The position numbers and the translations under genes were made by a program. Shown piece by piece: positions 38,644 through 53,293 of a stretch of 64,000 bases of DNA. Source of the DNA: Candidatus Latescibacterota bacterium (GTDB lineage Bacteria; Latescibacterota; UBA2968; GCA-2709665); assembly GCA_965237675.1 (NCBI GenBank), contig OZ250150.1, forward strand, positions 3,424,001-3,488,000. Direction: 5' to 3'. Position 1 is the first letter of the stretch; every line of letters begins with the position of its first letter. Under the pieces are notes generated by a model, which was not told the DNA's origin, did no database searches, and saw only the letters and a program-made list of their open reading frames with translations.

Positions 38644-39420
38644 TTAAAGGTGTTCTCGAAGCCAATATAGGATTTCGGCGCGGGCCGCCGGGTTGTTCAG
38701 GAGAGCCGGACCGTTGGCTGTGCCCTGGTATCCGCTGACCCGAACCGGCTCCCCGGTACGCTGTGCCAGGATTTCGGAAGAGGTATACGCGTACCCGTCG
38801 CCGTGGGCCGCCATGAACAGGATCGAGCGCGGCCGAAAGTTCGGGACACTGTTGCCGAGCAGGATATCCTGACTGAGCCGGGTGATGAGGGATATGACGA
38901 CCGACGTCCTGACGTCCGGATAGATGCCGGAACTGACGTAAGCAATGTTGGCGCCAAGCGCCGCGCCCACGAGTCCGATACGCCCTGCGTCGACGTCGGG
39001 ACGTTTCTTGAGCCAGCCGAGCGCACCCTCGATATCCAGGGGCATTTTGTTGATATCTTCCGTCTGGAAGGTGCTGCGCGGAAAATAGACGTCGTTCCGG
39101 AAGGTGCTCCCTCCATGTCCTCGAATGTCGTAGGCAAGCACATGGTATCCCTCGTTGGTCAGTTCCGGCACGAAGGGAATCCAGATATCGAGGTTCTGGT
39201 CGAAGGGGTGGATGAGGACAACAGCGGGCCGCCGCCCCGTCTGGCGGTTGGAGGTAAACCAGGCTGCAAGAATGCGAAAGCCGTCGGGAGTCGTAAATGA
39301 GACCGCCTCGCCCGTAACCATCTCCGGCGGCGTCGTTGGCTCGCCGTCGGTTGGCTGTCTGCCGCAATCCGTCGAAAGTAGGGCGAACGCTATGAGAGCG
39401 AGATATTTGCAAGGTGCCAT
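38644..39420 (-). CDS. Alpha/beta-hydrolase-fold lipoprotein with degenerate catalytic residues
   Basis: Signal ending at Cys (STDCG), AVVLIH, LAYDIRGHGGS, RIGLVGAALGA. Confidence 0.8.
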   Translation of the reverse strand: MAPCKYLALIAFALLSTDCGRQPTDGEPTTPPEMVTGEAVSFTTPDGFRILAAWFTSNRQTGRRPAVVLIHPFDQNLDIWIPFVPELTNEGYHVLAYDIRGHGGSTFRNDVYFPRSTFQTEDINKMPLDIEGALGWLKKRPDVDAGRIGLVGAALGANIAYVSSGIYPDVRTSVVISLITRLSQDILLGNSVPNFRPRSILFMAAHGDGYAYTSSEILAQRTGEPVRVSGYQGTANGPALLNNPAARAEILYWLREHL

Positions 39421-39909
39421 GCGCCGTTGTAGCCGGTAAGGTTTATGGAAACATGATTATTGTCGCTCGACGTCTAAATTAACGACATCAGGCCTCCAAA
39501 GACAAGCGCGTATTGAACGCCGCTACCGATCGTTGCGCGTACCCGGTGAAATTTTAGCGAGTCCTGGATTGCGAAACCGGCAAACACGACCTGCTACTTC
39601 TGTATCGGCCAACGCCAGGCCGGCGGTATAACCCGTTACCGCGTGAAGGCGTCGTGACCCGTACCGGGTCAAACGGAACAGGGTCCGCTACCCCTTTTGG
39701 GCCGCAGGGCCGGCACGAAGCCGTACAACAAATGGCAACGGGGCGGACGGGATGGCAGCACGGAATTGGAGACATCCACGGACAGGGCATTAGCGGTTGC
39801 CATGTCGATTCTTAGACCATAAATTACCGAAATTCGTTCCGGAAAGCGCGTGTGTGCACGAGACGCCGGCCGGTTTCTTTCCATTCGATCTGCTTGAAGG
39901 AGATTCTCA

Positions 39910-40731
39910 ATGTTTCGGATTACCCTGTGTTGGATGGCGGCGGTAGCACTCATCGTTCCGGCCGTTGTCGCGGACGGGTACGATCAACGACCTATCGAGA
40001 CCCCCGGCATCTCCCCTCGCGCCGCCGGCGCAGGTCGGAAGGCGGGCCCTTCGAAGGTGCGCAACCGGGCGGGGATGGAATTCGTGTTGATTCCAGCGGG
40101 TAAATTTCGCATGGGATCGGCGAGCGACGAGGCCGGAGACCAGGAAAAGCCGGTAACGGAGGTGACGATTGGGCAGGCATTCTACATGGGAAAGCACGAG
40201 GTTACCCAAAAGCAATGGGAAAAGTTAATGGGGAACAGACCTTCGGACTTCAAGAGATGCAATGACTGTCCAGTGGAACATATTTCATGGAACGACGCGC
40301 AGGCGTTTGTCCGCGCGCTCAACGACATGGAGGATTCGAAGCGGTATCGATTGCCCACCGAGGCCGAGTGGGAGTACGCCGCTCGCGGAGGGACGGCTGG
40401 GGACCGATACGGTGCCAACCTGGATGCAATCGCATGGTATGACAAGAATTGCGACGAACGTCCGCACCCGGTCGGGAAGAAAAAGCCGAACGGATTCGGA
40501 CTGTACGACATGCTTGGAAATGTCTACGAATGGGTCCAGGACTGGAAGGGCACGTACCCTGGCGGAGAAGTGACAGATCCGCGGGGCCCCGCCCGGGGAA
40601 AGTTCCGGATGATGCGGGGCGGAAGCTGGGAGAACGGCGCACAGAGTTGCCGGGCTACGCACCGCCTCGACGCGTCGCCCGGTTTCCGGATCCACGTTCT
40701 GGGCTTGCGGGTACTGATGGAAGCCCGTTAA
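39910..40731 (+). CDS. Formylglycine-generating enzyme (SUMF1/FGE-sulfatase) domain protein, exported
   Basis: IPAGKFRMGS, HEVT, RLPTEAEWEYAAR, NGFGLYDMLGNVYEW, RGGSW; lacks the catalytic FGE Cys pair. Confidence 0.92.
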   Translation: MFRITLCWMAAVALIVPAVVADGYDQRPIETPGISPRAAGAGRKAGPSKVRNRAGMEFVLIPAGKFRMGSASDEAGDQEKPVTEVTIGQAFYMGKHEVTQKQWEKLMGNRPSDFKRCNDCPVEHISWNDAQAFVRALNDMEDSKRYRLPTEAEWEYAARGGTAGDRYGANLDAIAWYDKNCDERPHPVGKKKPNGFGLYDMLGNVYEWVQDWKGTYPGGEVTDPRGPARGKFRMMRGGSWENGAQSCRATHRLDASPGFRIHVLGLRVLMEAR

Positions 40732-40952
40732 CGCAAAATAGTATTGTTTCTCCACTCTACGCGGGTGTACATTTGCGGTTCGTGGAGGAAGTTGGCGGCC
40801 GTGTCGCTGAACTCGGTTCGCAATCAGGATGGAAAGGCGCGGGAAAAAGGACGGCACGTCCCAAGGAATTCCTTTCAATTCACCGGTAAAGACGTTCCCA
40901 ACCCCGTTTTGGCCTGACGGGCGGCATTTTCGGTCGAAAAGCCAAAAAAGAC

Positions 40953-40981
40953 TTGACATTGATATGCCGTTTGTCTACATT
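40953..40981 (+). promoter_or_regulatory. rRNA operon promoter
   Basis: TTGACA-N17-TACATT with an A-tract upstream. Confidence 0.75.
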
Positions 40982-41021
40982 TGGGGACTTCCGCAGATTG
41001 TGTACGTGCGGAATGATCGCC

Positions 41022-41033
41022 GTTCTTTGACAA
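41022..41033 (+). promoter_or_regulatory. boxA antitermination site (leader); a second copy lies at ~43012-43024 in the spacer
   Basis: GTTCTTTGACAA. Adjacent sequences pair with 42758-42783 and 46450-46470, forming the 16S and 23S processing stems. Confidence 0.7.
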
Positions 41034-41130
41034 TCGAATAACGTGCATGAGTTTTACCCGACTGGTATTCCCAGGTCTTGTACCTGGATCTTACGGTGTG
41101 AAAACCCCGAATTCGGGGTCTGATATTTTT

Positions 41131-42692
<1,562 letters not shown>

Positions 42693-42801
42693 GGGAGACA
42701 TGACATAAGGTCGTCAATGACGTTTATGTCTACTCTCAGGTCATTTGCCGTTGGGATTCTCGTGCACGTTATTTGATTGTCGAAGGCCTGCGGTGCGTTC
42801 A

Positions 42802-42878
<77 letters not shown>

Positions 42879-42899
42879 GAATACCTGTTTATAAAATCG

Positions 42900-42975
42900 G
42901 GGGATATAGCTCAGCTGGGAGAGCGCAGCCTTTGCAAGGCTGAGGTCACCGGTTCGATCCCGGTTATCTCCACCA
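42900..42975 (+). tRNA. tRNA-Ala(TGC)
   Basis: GGGGATA...TTTGCAA...TATCTCCACCA with a G3-U70 pair. Confidence 0.97.
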
Positions 42976-43364
42976 AAGTCCTATTGAAACCTGGGGACGC
43001 GCGTCCCCGCTTGTTCTTTGACAACCGAATACGGAATACGAAAGGCCATGCGGGAGTTTTTGTTTCCGTATGGACTTTCGTGGGTATGCTGCAATTTAGC
43101 ATAGCCGATCTCGTTCACGAAGCTGTCTAAAATGCCGATTCCGGCCTCCGCGGGTTGCGGGTAAAGACGTGCGGCAAAGATTCCGCCGTCGTAACCGGAG
43201 GATTCGGCAGCGGGCGCCAGGATGCTACTAGTCCTGTGCGGCGTTGCCGGGAACCGGTTTGGTTAGCGACTTTTCCAGTTGCTCGGCTGCAGGCGGTACG
43301 CATTTGACAACGGCTTCTTGTGGATTGTGCAGAACACACACGTGATCTGCCGAGAACCTGTTTT

Positions 43365-46395
<3,031 letters not shown>

Positions 46396-46477
46396 ATTAA
46401 CGGTTTCTCGGCGGATCGTCTGTGCATTTTGTAATGCAGCAAGATCCTAATTCCGTATTTCGGTTGTCAATTTTGTT

Positions 46478-46597
46478 TTCCTGGTGGCTATAGCGGAGGG
46501 GGTACACCTCTTTCCATTCCGAACAGAGAAGTTAAGCCTTCCAGCGCCGATGGTACTGCTTGGGTAACCTTGTGGGAGAGTAGGTCGCTGCCGGGAA
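46478..46597 (+). rRNA. rrf: 5S rRNA
   Basis: CCTGGTGGC...CCATTCCGAAC...GAAGTTAAG...GCCGATGGTACT...GAGAGTAGG...GCCGGG. Confidence 0.96.
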
Positions 46598-46650
46598 ACC
46601 CCAAACAGGGTCCGGGATTCATCTGAATCCCGGACCCTGTTTGGGGTTTC
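46595..46650 (+). terminator. Perfect 26-bp-arm hairpin ending the rRNA operon
   Basis: GAAACCCCAAACAGGGTCCGGGATTC-ATCT-GAATCCCGGACCCTGTTTGGGGTTTC. Confidence 0.7.
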
Positions 46651-46814
46651 TGGATGTAGAAAGAATGACTTGACATGCCTGTTGTTTCTATATTAATTAG
46701 GTTCTTCGGCCCCGGATGGATTTGTTGGCTGTTTCTCGTCTTTCCGGCGAGGTCGATTCAACGGCGGGCGGCGAATACGTCGCTGCTTTCTTGCGTTTAT
46801 ACAGGAGGAGGCGC

Positions 46815-48908
46815 GTGAATATCGAAACCCCTGACAGGATTCGGAACGTCGCCTTGGTGGGACACAGCAGCACGGGAAAAACCTCGCTGGCCGAGGCCCT
46901 GCTGTTTACGGCAGGCGGAAGCAATCGGCTGGGGACCATCGATGCCGGCACGACGACGTCGGATTTCTCCGAGGCCGAGATCGCGCGAAAAATCTCTATC
47001 GGCATGTCAATGTTGCACTGCGGCTGGAAAGGCACAAAAATCAACATTTTGGACGCGCCGGGATACGCGGATTTCATCGGGGACACCAAAGCGGCGCTCT
47101 GGGCGACGGACAATGCGGTTCTCCTTGTGCATGCGGCCAACGGTATTGAGATCGGGACGGATAAGGCCTGGGGGTTTGCGGAATCTTTCGGGCGTCCTCG
47201 TCTGTTTTTCATCAACCACATCGACAAGGAATTCGCCGATTTCGAAAAGGTCCTTAATGCCTTGCAGGAGCAGTATGGGCGACATGTGCTGCCGTTTCAA
47301 ATTCCCGTCAACCAGGGCGTAGGTTTCAACCAGATCATCGATGTACTGCATCGACGGCTGCTGACTTATCCCGCCGATGCGAGCGGAAAACCCGAAGTTG
47401 GCGAGGTGCCGGCCGATCTTCTCGACGACGTCGAAACCCACCGCGAACAGATTGTCGAAGCCGCCGCTGAAAGCGACGATGAGTTGACGGAGAAATACCT
47501 TGAGGAGGAGGATCTTTCGGAAAAGGACATCCTGAGCGGGCTTAAGGCAGGCATCGTGAACGGAACGACGGTTCCGGTTCTGTGTGGCGACGCGTCCAAG
47601 AATATCGGTACCGATCAATTGCTGGGGTTCCTCGTGGACAATATGATGGCTCCGTCGGAAATGCCCGCCAGGCAAGGACGGATGGTGGCAACGGACGAAT
47701 CTGCCGAACTCCTGCCGTCCGCGGACGGACCTCTTGCCGCCGTTGTGTTCAAGACCGTTTCCGAAACCGTCGGCGATCTCTCTTTCGTGCGTGTCTTCTC
47801 TGGAACGTTGCCAGCGTCCTCCGAGGTGTACAATTCGAATGGGAGATCCGTCGAACGCGTCGGTCAGATCTATATCCTGAACGGTCAGGATCGCGAAGAG
47901 GTCCAAGCGATTTCTGCTGGCGATATGGGGGCGCTTGTAAGGCTGAAAGACACACATAGCGGCAATACGTTGTGCGATCGTCGCACACCGGTTGAGGTTG
48001 CGCCGCTGGAATTCCCGCACCCGCTGATCCGCATCGCTATGGAACCGAAATCACGCGGGGACGAAGAGAAGATAAGCATGGGATTGCAGCGGATCCACGA
48101 AGAGGATCCCAGTTTCATTGCTGGCTACGATCCGGAACTGAAACAGATCATCGTTCAGGGGCAGGGCGAGTTGCACCTCGACGTTGTGCTCGACAAGCTG
48201 AAGCAGAAGTACGGTGTCGAGGTAAATACGGTTCAGCCGAGGATTCCGTATCGTGAGACGATCACGTCCAACGCCGAGGGGCACCACCGGCACAAGAAAC
48301 AGACCGGCGGACGCGGGCAGTTCGGCGAAGCGTATTTGCGAATTGAACCCACAAGCCGTGGCGAAGGATACGAATTTCAGGACGATGTGGTGGGTGGCGC
48401 CATTCCACGCAACTATATTCCGGCTGTGGAAAAAGGGGTGGTCGAAGCCATCGATCGGGGAGTGCTTGCCGGTTACCACGTTGTGGATACGCGGGTAACG
48501 GTCTACGACGGTTCGTATCACCCCGTAGATTCATCCGAAATGGCCTTTCAGATGGCGGGTTCCCAGGCATTCCAGAAAGCGTTTATGAACGCCCGGCCGA
48601 TTCTGCTGGAGCCTATATATAGTATAACGGTGATGGTGCCCGACAAATATATGGGTGATGTCATGGGCGATCTGAACAGCCGCCGCGGCCGAATCCATGG
48701 TATGGACCCGGAGGGCAGTTTTCAGGTCATACGGGCGGAAGTGCCGCTTGCCGAGCTATATAAATATTCGACGTCGCTCCGTTCGATGACGCAGGGCACG
48801 GGTGATTACACGATGGAATTCCACCATTACGAACCTGTACCCGCCGATCTGACCAGGAAAATCGTAGAAGCATCCAAGAAGGAGGAGGGCGAGGCCGTAG
48901 AGGCGTAG
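46815..48908 (+). CDS. Elongation factor G paralog (EF-G II type)
   Basis: Five-domain EF-G with KKQTGGRGQF and DGSYHPVDSS; G1 GHSSTGKT, G2 RKISI, G3 DAPGY; GTG start after AGGAGG. Confidence 0.92.
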   Translation: MNIETPDRIRNVALVGHSSTGKTSLAEALLFTAGGSNRLGTIDAGTTTSDFSEAEIARKISIGMSMLHCGWKGTKINILDAPGYADFIGDTKAALWATDNAVLLVHAANGIEIGTDKAWGFAESFGRPRLFFINHIDKEFADFEKVLNALQEQYGRHVLPFQIPVNQGVGFNQIIDVLHRRLLTYPADASGKPEVGEVPADLLDDVETHREQIVEAAAESDDELTEKYLEEEDLSEKDILSGLKAGIVNGTTVPVLCGDASKNIGTDQLLGFLVDNMMAPSEMPARQGRMVATDESAELLPSADGPLAAVVFKTVSETVGDLSFVRVFSGTLPASSEVYNSNGRSVERVGQIYILNGQDREEVQAISAGDMGALVRLKDTHSGNTLCDRRTPVEVAPLEFPHPLIRIAMEPKSRGDEEKISMGLQRIHEEDPSFIAGYDPELKQIIVQGQGELHLDVVLDKLKQKYGVEVNTVQPRIPYRETITSNAEGHHRHKKQTGGRGQFGEAYLRIEPTSRGEGYEFQDDVVGGAIPRNYIPAVEKGVVEAIDRGVLAGYHVVDTRVTVYDGSYHPVDSSEMAFQMAGSQAFQKAFMNARPILLEPIYSITVMVPDKYMGDVMGDLNSRRGRIHGMDPEGSFQVIRAEVPLAELYKYSTSLRSMTQGTGDYTMEFHHYEPVPADLTRKIVEASKKEEGEAVEA

Positions 48909-48934
48909 TTCGGAACGATGATCCGATGGCGTCA

Positions 48935-48970
48935 GGGCGGTGTCCTCCTGGACATCGCCCGCTTTCGTTT
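48935..48970 (+). terminator. Intrinsic terminator after the EF-G paralog
   Basis: GGGCGGTGTCC/GGACATCGCCC stem followed by GCTTTCGTTT. Confidence 0.55.
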
Positions 48971-49068
48971 CCGGCGGCCGATCCTCCGGAATAGCGTGAA
49001 CTCTGGCCGCAACAGGAAAACGGCGCGGCGCGGCGATGAAACGGTGAGTAAATCCACTCCTTTTTGTA

Positions 49069-49097
49069 TTGCCTAAATGTCCATTTGTTGCTATATT
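49069..49097 (+). promoter_or_regulatory. Promoter of the yebC-ruv operon
   Basis: TTGCCT-N17-TATATT with extended -10 TG. Confidence 0.55.
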
Positions 49098-49159
49098 ATC
49101 AAATAGTTAGAGAGATTTTTCAGGGGAATTTGTTGATCTTCGAAGGAGGTGGGCGCTTT

Positions 49160-49912
49160 ATGGCCGGTCATTCGAAATGGGCAAATATCAAACACAAAAA
49201 GGGACGGGCGGATGCCGCCAGAGGCAAGCTGTTTACCAGGCTGATCAGGGAGATTACGGTGTCCGCGCGGGAGGGGGGCGGCGACGAGGCGAATAATTCA
49301 CGGCTCAGGGCGGCCATTTTAAATGCAAAATCCGAGAATATGCCGGCCGTCAATATTGAGCGCGCCGTAAAGAAAGGCACGGGCGACCTGCCGGGCGAAT
49401 CGTACGAAGCCGCGGTTTACGAGGGATACGGCCCAGGAGGAGTCGCACTCTTCATCGAGGTGTTGACCGATAACAAGAATCGTGCGGTTTCCCACGTGAG
49501 GCATCTGCTCAACAAATATAACGCCAGCATGGCCGAAAGTGGCTCCGTTGCCTGGGTTTTCGATCAGAAGGGACTGGTTGTCGTGCCCAGAGACAACGTC
49601 GATGAAGAGACGATGATGATGGCCGCCCTCGAGGCCGGAGCCGAAGACATCGTCGAAGAGGAAGCGGTATACGAGGTTTACACGTCGCCGCAGGGCTTCG
49701 ACGGGGTGCAGAAAGCGTTGGCGGCACACGAGATTCCCGTTGAGCGTGCCGAGCTGACACGGGTGCCGCAGAATACGGTTCCCGTTGAGGGAAACACGGC
49801 GGCTCAGGTGATTCGATTGCTGGAGAGGTTGGAATCCGAGGATGACGTACAGAGGGTCTATGCGAATTTCGAGATGGATGAAGAGCAGTTGTCCGCTCTG
49901 ATTTCGTCATAG
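49160..49912 (+). CDS. yebC: YebC/PmpR family protein
   Basis: MAGHSKWANIKHKK, YEGYGPGG, TDNKNR, DDVQ.VYAN; RBS AAGGAGGT. Confidence 0.96.
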   Translation: MAGHSKWANIKHKKGRADAARGKLFTRLIREITVSAREGGGDEANNSRLRAAILNAKSENMPAVNIERAVKKGTGDLPGESYEAAVYEGYGPGGVALFIEVLTDNKNRAVSHVRHLLNKYNASMAESGSVAWVFDQKGLVVVPRDNVDEETMMMAALEAGAEDIVEEEAVYEVYTSPQGFDGVQKALAAHEIPVERAELTRVPQNTVPVEGNTAAQVIRLLERLESEDDVQRVYANFEMDEEQLSALISS

Positions 49913-50020
49913 TACAACCGTGTCCGACCGACCTGTTCGCCTCAGCACGGGCGTCTGGCACGGTCTGCGGTCTTCTCCGCGCGTATCGAGTTCAATCCGC
50001 GCACCGGAAAGGCGGACACC

Positions 50021-50665
50021 TTGCTCGTTATGGGTATCGACCCGGGCAGTGTGATTACCGGTTACGGAGTGGTGGAATATCAGCGCAGGAAGAGCCGGCT
50101 GGTTGCATGTGGAGGTTTGCGCCCGGATCCCGGACTTTCTTTTGCCAGACGACTGCTGGAGATTCACGATGGCCTGCTCCGGCTGGTTGAAGAATATTCA
50201 CCTGATGAAGCTGCCGTCGAAAATGTTTTTTATAGTGCCAACGTGAAGACATTGATAAAGATGTGCGAAGCCCGGGGGGCGATTAAAGTGGCACTGGCCA
50301 AGTCGGATCTGCCCATTTACGAATACGCGCCTCGCGAGGTCAAACAAGCTGTCGTCGGCCGTGGAGGGGCTTCCAAGGAGCAGGTTCAGTTTATGATACG
50401 AAGTCTGTTCGGTCGCGAACATGTCAGCGGTCCATACGATATAACCGACGCGCTGGCTGTCGCGGTCTGCCACGTGAACCGAATTCAGGCCCCGGGCGTT
50501 CATGCACAGCACCAAAAAGCCCTCGAGGGAAAACCGGCGGCGGCCTTTCCGACCACCGGGAGCGCGAACGCACGTGCGAGGCAAACGAACCGGCTGAAAC
50601 AGAAGCTTTCCGAGTTGAGCGTCGATACGGGTCGGACGACCGGGCAGAAACGAAAGGGTCGGTAA
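50021..50665 (+). CDS. ruvC: Holliday junction resolvase RuvC (with C-terminal extension)
   Basis: MGIDPG, AAVE, EARG, VKQAVVG.G.ASKEQV, DITDALAVAVCH. Confidence 0.95.
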   Translation: MLVMGIDPGSVITGYGVVEYQRRKSRLVACGGLRPDPGLSFARRLLEIHDGLLRLVEEYSPDEAAVENVFYSANVKTLIKMCEARGAIKVALAKSDLPIYEYAPREVKQAVVGRGGASKEQVQFMIRSLFGREHVSGPYDITDALAVAVCHVNRIQAPGVHAQHQKALEGKPAAAFPTTGSANARARQTNRLKQKLSELSVDTGRTTGQKRKGR

Positions 50666-50669
50666 TCGA

Positions 50670-51263
50670 ATGATCACCTACCTGGAAGGCAAACTGGCCG
50701 TAAACAGCCCCACGCATCTGGTCGTCGACGTTGCAGGCGTCGGATTTTTCGTCAATATTCCACTTTCAAGCTACGACGCGAACCGGGCTCGGGGTGAAAC
50801 CCTCAGAATATTGACCCATCTGCATGTGCGTGAGGATGCGCTGACGATTTTCGGATTCGTAACTGAAGCCGAGCGAGGCTTGTTTGAGTTATTGATTTCA
50901 GTTTCGGGAATCGGCCCTCCATTGGCCCAGAAGATCCTCTCCGGCGTTCCAATTCGGGTCTTTCGCAGGTTGGTGGCAGCTGAAGATGCACGTGGGCTGA
51001 CAACGATAAAAGGGATCGGCCAGAAGTTGGCGCAGCGTCTGGTGCTCGAGTTGAAGGACCGGATTGGCGATGTCCCCGACGTCGACGTGGGGGAGCGAGT
51101 CTCGCCTGTCGTGGCGGCACGGGCCGAGGAAGCGGCTCTGGCGCTTGCGGGTCTGGGGGTTCCGCAGTTGCAGGCACGCAGCGTGGTGACCCATGTGGTT
51201 CGTGATCACGGTAACGACGTACCGATAGAAGAGATTATCCGAGAAGCGCTACGGCGTCTATAG
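50670..51263 (+). CDS. ruvA: Holliday junction branch migration protein RuvA
   Basis: MITYLEGK, HVRED, LISVSGIGP, KGIGQKLAQRLVLELK. Confidence 0.95.
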   Translation: MITYLEGKLAVNSPTHLVVDVAGVGFFVNIPLSSYDANRARGETLRILTHLHVREDALTIFGFVTEAERGLFELLISVSGIGPPLAQKILSGVPIRVFRRLVAAEDARGLTTIKGIGQKLAQRLVLELKDRIGDVPDVDVGERVSPVVAARAEEAALALAGLGVPQLQARSVVTHVVRDHGNDVPIEEIIREALRRL

Positions 51264-51514
51264 TGTTCTTCCCCGGAAATGGATTGCCGTAATTCGGCCG
51301 ACGAGTCGGGATGAACCGGCGCCTGTCTGCGTGCAGCCTCACGCACGCAGACAGGGAAGAATGGTGACATATTTCAGGAACAGGAAACAGGGTCCGCTGA
51401 CGGGCCAATCTCCGCTGGAGAACCTCGCCGGAAGCTGAGCCCCAACGCCCAATCTGATGTCTCTGCGTTGGAGAAAGAACGTGAGATTGCGGCATCAACG
51501 GAAGACAGATCAAA

Positions 51515-52537
51515 ATGAATGAAAGGATCAGCGATCCCCAGACGCAGGATCAGGACCAGTTTGAAGGCAACGAGCAGTTGCGCCCGGCGCGATTTGCAGA
51601 TATGACCGGACAGGAGAAGGTTAAGGAGAAACTGCGGATTGCGGTCGATGCGGCAACGCACCGGGGCGACGCCATGGACCACGCACTTCTATACGGTCCT
51701 CCCGGACTGGGAAAGACAACGCTGGCATATGTGCTCGCCAACGAATTGGGGGCCGAAATCGCGCCGACTTCCGGCCCTGTGCTTGAACGGGCGGCCGATC
51801 TGGCGGGTTTGCTGACCAATTTAAACGAAAAGGACGTCTTGTTTATTGATGAGATCCATCGGATGAACAGGGTTGTAGAGGAAACGCTGTATCCCGCGAT
51901 GGAGGATTTCGTGCTGGACATTATGCTCGACAGTGGTCCAGGCGCGCGCTCTTACAGAGTCCCTCTCGAGCGATTTACCCTCATCGGCGCAACCACACGC
52001 TATGGCCTGTTGACCGGTCCAATGCGGTCCCGCTTCGGAATCATCGAGCGGCTGGACTTTTACACGGAACCGGAGTTACAGACAATCGTCGAGCGTGCCG
52101 CACGAATATTCAAAATTGAGATCCATCCTGAGGGAGCTTTTGAAATTGCGCGTCGGTCGCGGGGTACCGCACGGATTGCGACACGGCTGTTGCGAAGATC
52201 GCGGGACTATGCACAGGCGCGCGCGCAGGGTACGATTACGCTCGATGTCGCAGGTCGCGCGCTCGAATTGGCCGACATAGATAACGAGGGGCTGGACGAG
52301 ATGGACCGCAGACTCCTCTCGATGCTGGTGGAGAAGTACGGAGGGGGTCCGGTTGGCCTGAATAACCTGGCAGCAGCGCTGGGTGAAGAACCGGATACCA
52401 TCGAAGATGTCTATGAGCCGTACCTGATTCAGGAAGGTTATCTGCTGCGCACCCACAGGGGGCGACAGGCGACGTCGCATGCCTATCGGCATTTGGGGTT
52501 GAAACCTCCGGACGGGAGGCAGGGGCGCTTGATATGA
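51515..52537 (+). CDS. ruvB: Holliday junction helicase RuvB
   Basis: [28 protein letters not shown]. Confidence 0.97.
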   Translation: MNERISDPQTQDQDQFEGNEQLRPARFADMTGQEKVKEKLRIAVDAATHRGDAMDHALLYGPPGLGKTTLAYVLANELGAEIAPTSGPVLERAADLAGLLTNLNEKDVLFIDEIHRMNRVVEETLYPAMEDFVLDIMLDSGPGARSYRVPLERFTLIGATTRYGLLTGPMRSRFGIIERLDFYTEPELQTIVERAARIFKIEIHPEGAFEIARRSRGTARIATRLLRRSRDYAQARAQGTITLDVAGRALELADIDNEGLDEMDRRLLSMLVEKYGGGPVGLNNLAAALGEEPDTIEDVYEPYLIQEGYLLRTHRGRQATSHAYRHLGLKPPDGRQGRLI

Positions 52538-52575
52538 CGCCGAACGGTGACGGATTCGCCGCGGGAGGTGGACCG

Positions 52576-53259
52576 ATGTACGTGTTGGGACTTGAAACCT
52601 CGACACCGGTGTGCAGCGTCGGGTTGGTGGATGACGAGCAGGTGGTCGTGTCCTATTCACAGAATACGGGATTGCGCCACGCGGAACGGACGATGGCGAT
52701 GGTTGAACGGGCAATGGAAGATGCGGGACTCGCGCCGGCGGATCTGAACGGGGTGGCCGTGGGATCGGGTCCGGGTTCGTTTACAGGCCTGCGGATTGGA
52801 ATGGCCGCGGCGAAAGGGCTGTGTGTCGCGTTGAAGCTGCCACTGTTGGCAGTACCGACATTGAAAGGAATGGCGGCACAGGTTGTCTTTGAGGGTATGC
52901 CGGTCTGTGCGTTACTCGATGCCCGCCGCGACGACGTCTACGCTGGCGTATACGGTCTCAATGCGGGCGTCCTAATGCCGCTCCTGCCAGATGCCGCGAT
53001 TCCCGTGGGGGATCTGATGCCGAAATTACCAAGGCCCGTTCTGATAGTCGGCAAAGGTGCGTTGACATACCGGGATCGGATCGAGGCATACATGGGCGAG
53101 GACGTCCGATTTGCTCCCGGAGCCGTCCATCCCAATGGTGCATCGGTGGCGCTGCTGGGCGCTGACGCGCTGCGAGGCGGGCATGCGGTCGACGTGGCAA
53201 CGGCGGAACCTGAATATTTGCGCCGGAGTCCGGCGGAGAACGCGAGAGTCAAACGATAG
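52576..53259 (+). CDS. tsaB: t6A biosynthesis protein TsaB
   Basis: LGLETST, GPGSFTGLRIG, LDARR, PEYLR; RBS GGAGGT. Confidence 0.95.
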   Translation: MYVLGLETSTPVCSVGLVDDEQVVVSYSQNTGLRHAERTMAMVERAMEDAGLAPADLNGVAVGSGPGSFTGLRIGMAAAKGLCVALKLPLLAVPTLKGMAAQVVFEGMPVCALLDARRDDVYAGVYGLNAGVLMPLLPDAAIPVGDLMPKLPRPVLIVGKGALTYRDRIEAYMGEDVRFAPGAVHPNGASVALLGADALRGGHAVDVATAEPEYLRRSPAENARVKR

Positions 53260-53293
53260 CATGCCGATGCCGGCTCGAAGGAGTCCGAAATCA

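Noticed and set aside
39676-39690. ACAGGGTCCG recurring at ~39678, ~46606 and ~51387
   Set aside because: The match is only 10-13 bp in unrelated contexts, not enough to call a repeat family.
39910-40731. FGE/CLec-fold protein as a diversity-generating retroelement target
   Set aside because: No reverse transcriptase and no adenine-variant template repeat of its 3' end were seen in the window; a remote DGR cannot be excluded.
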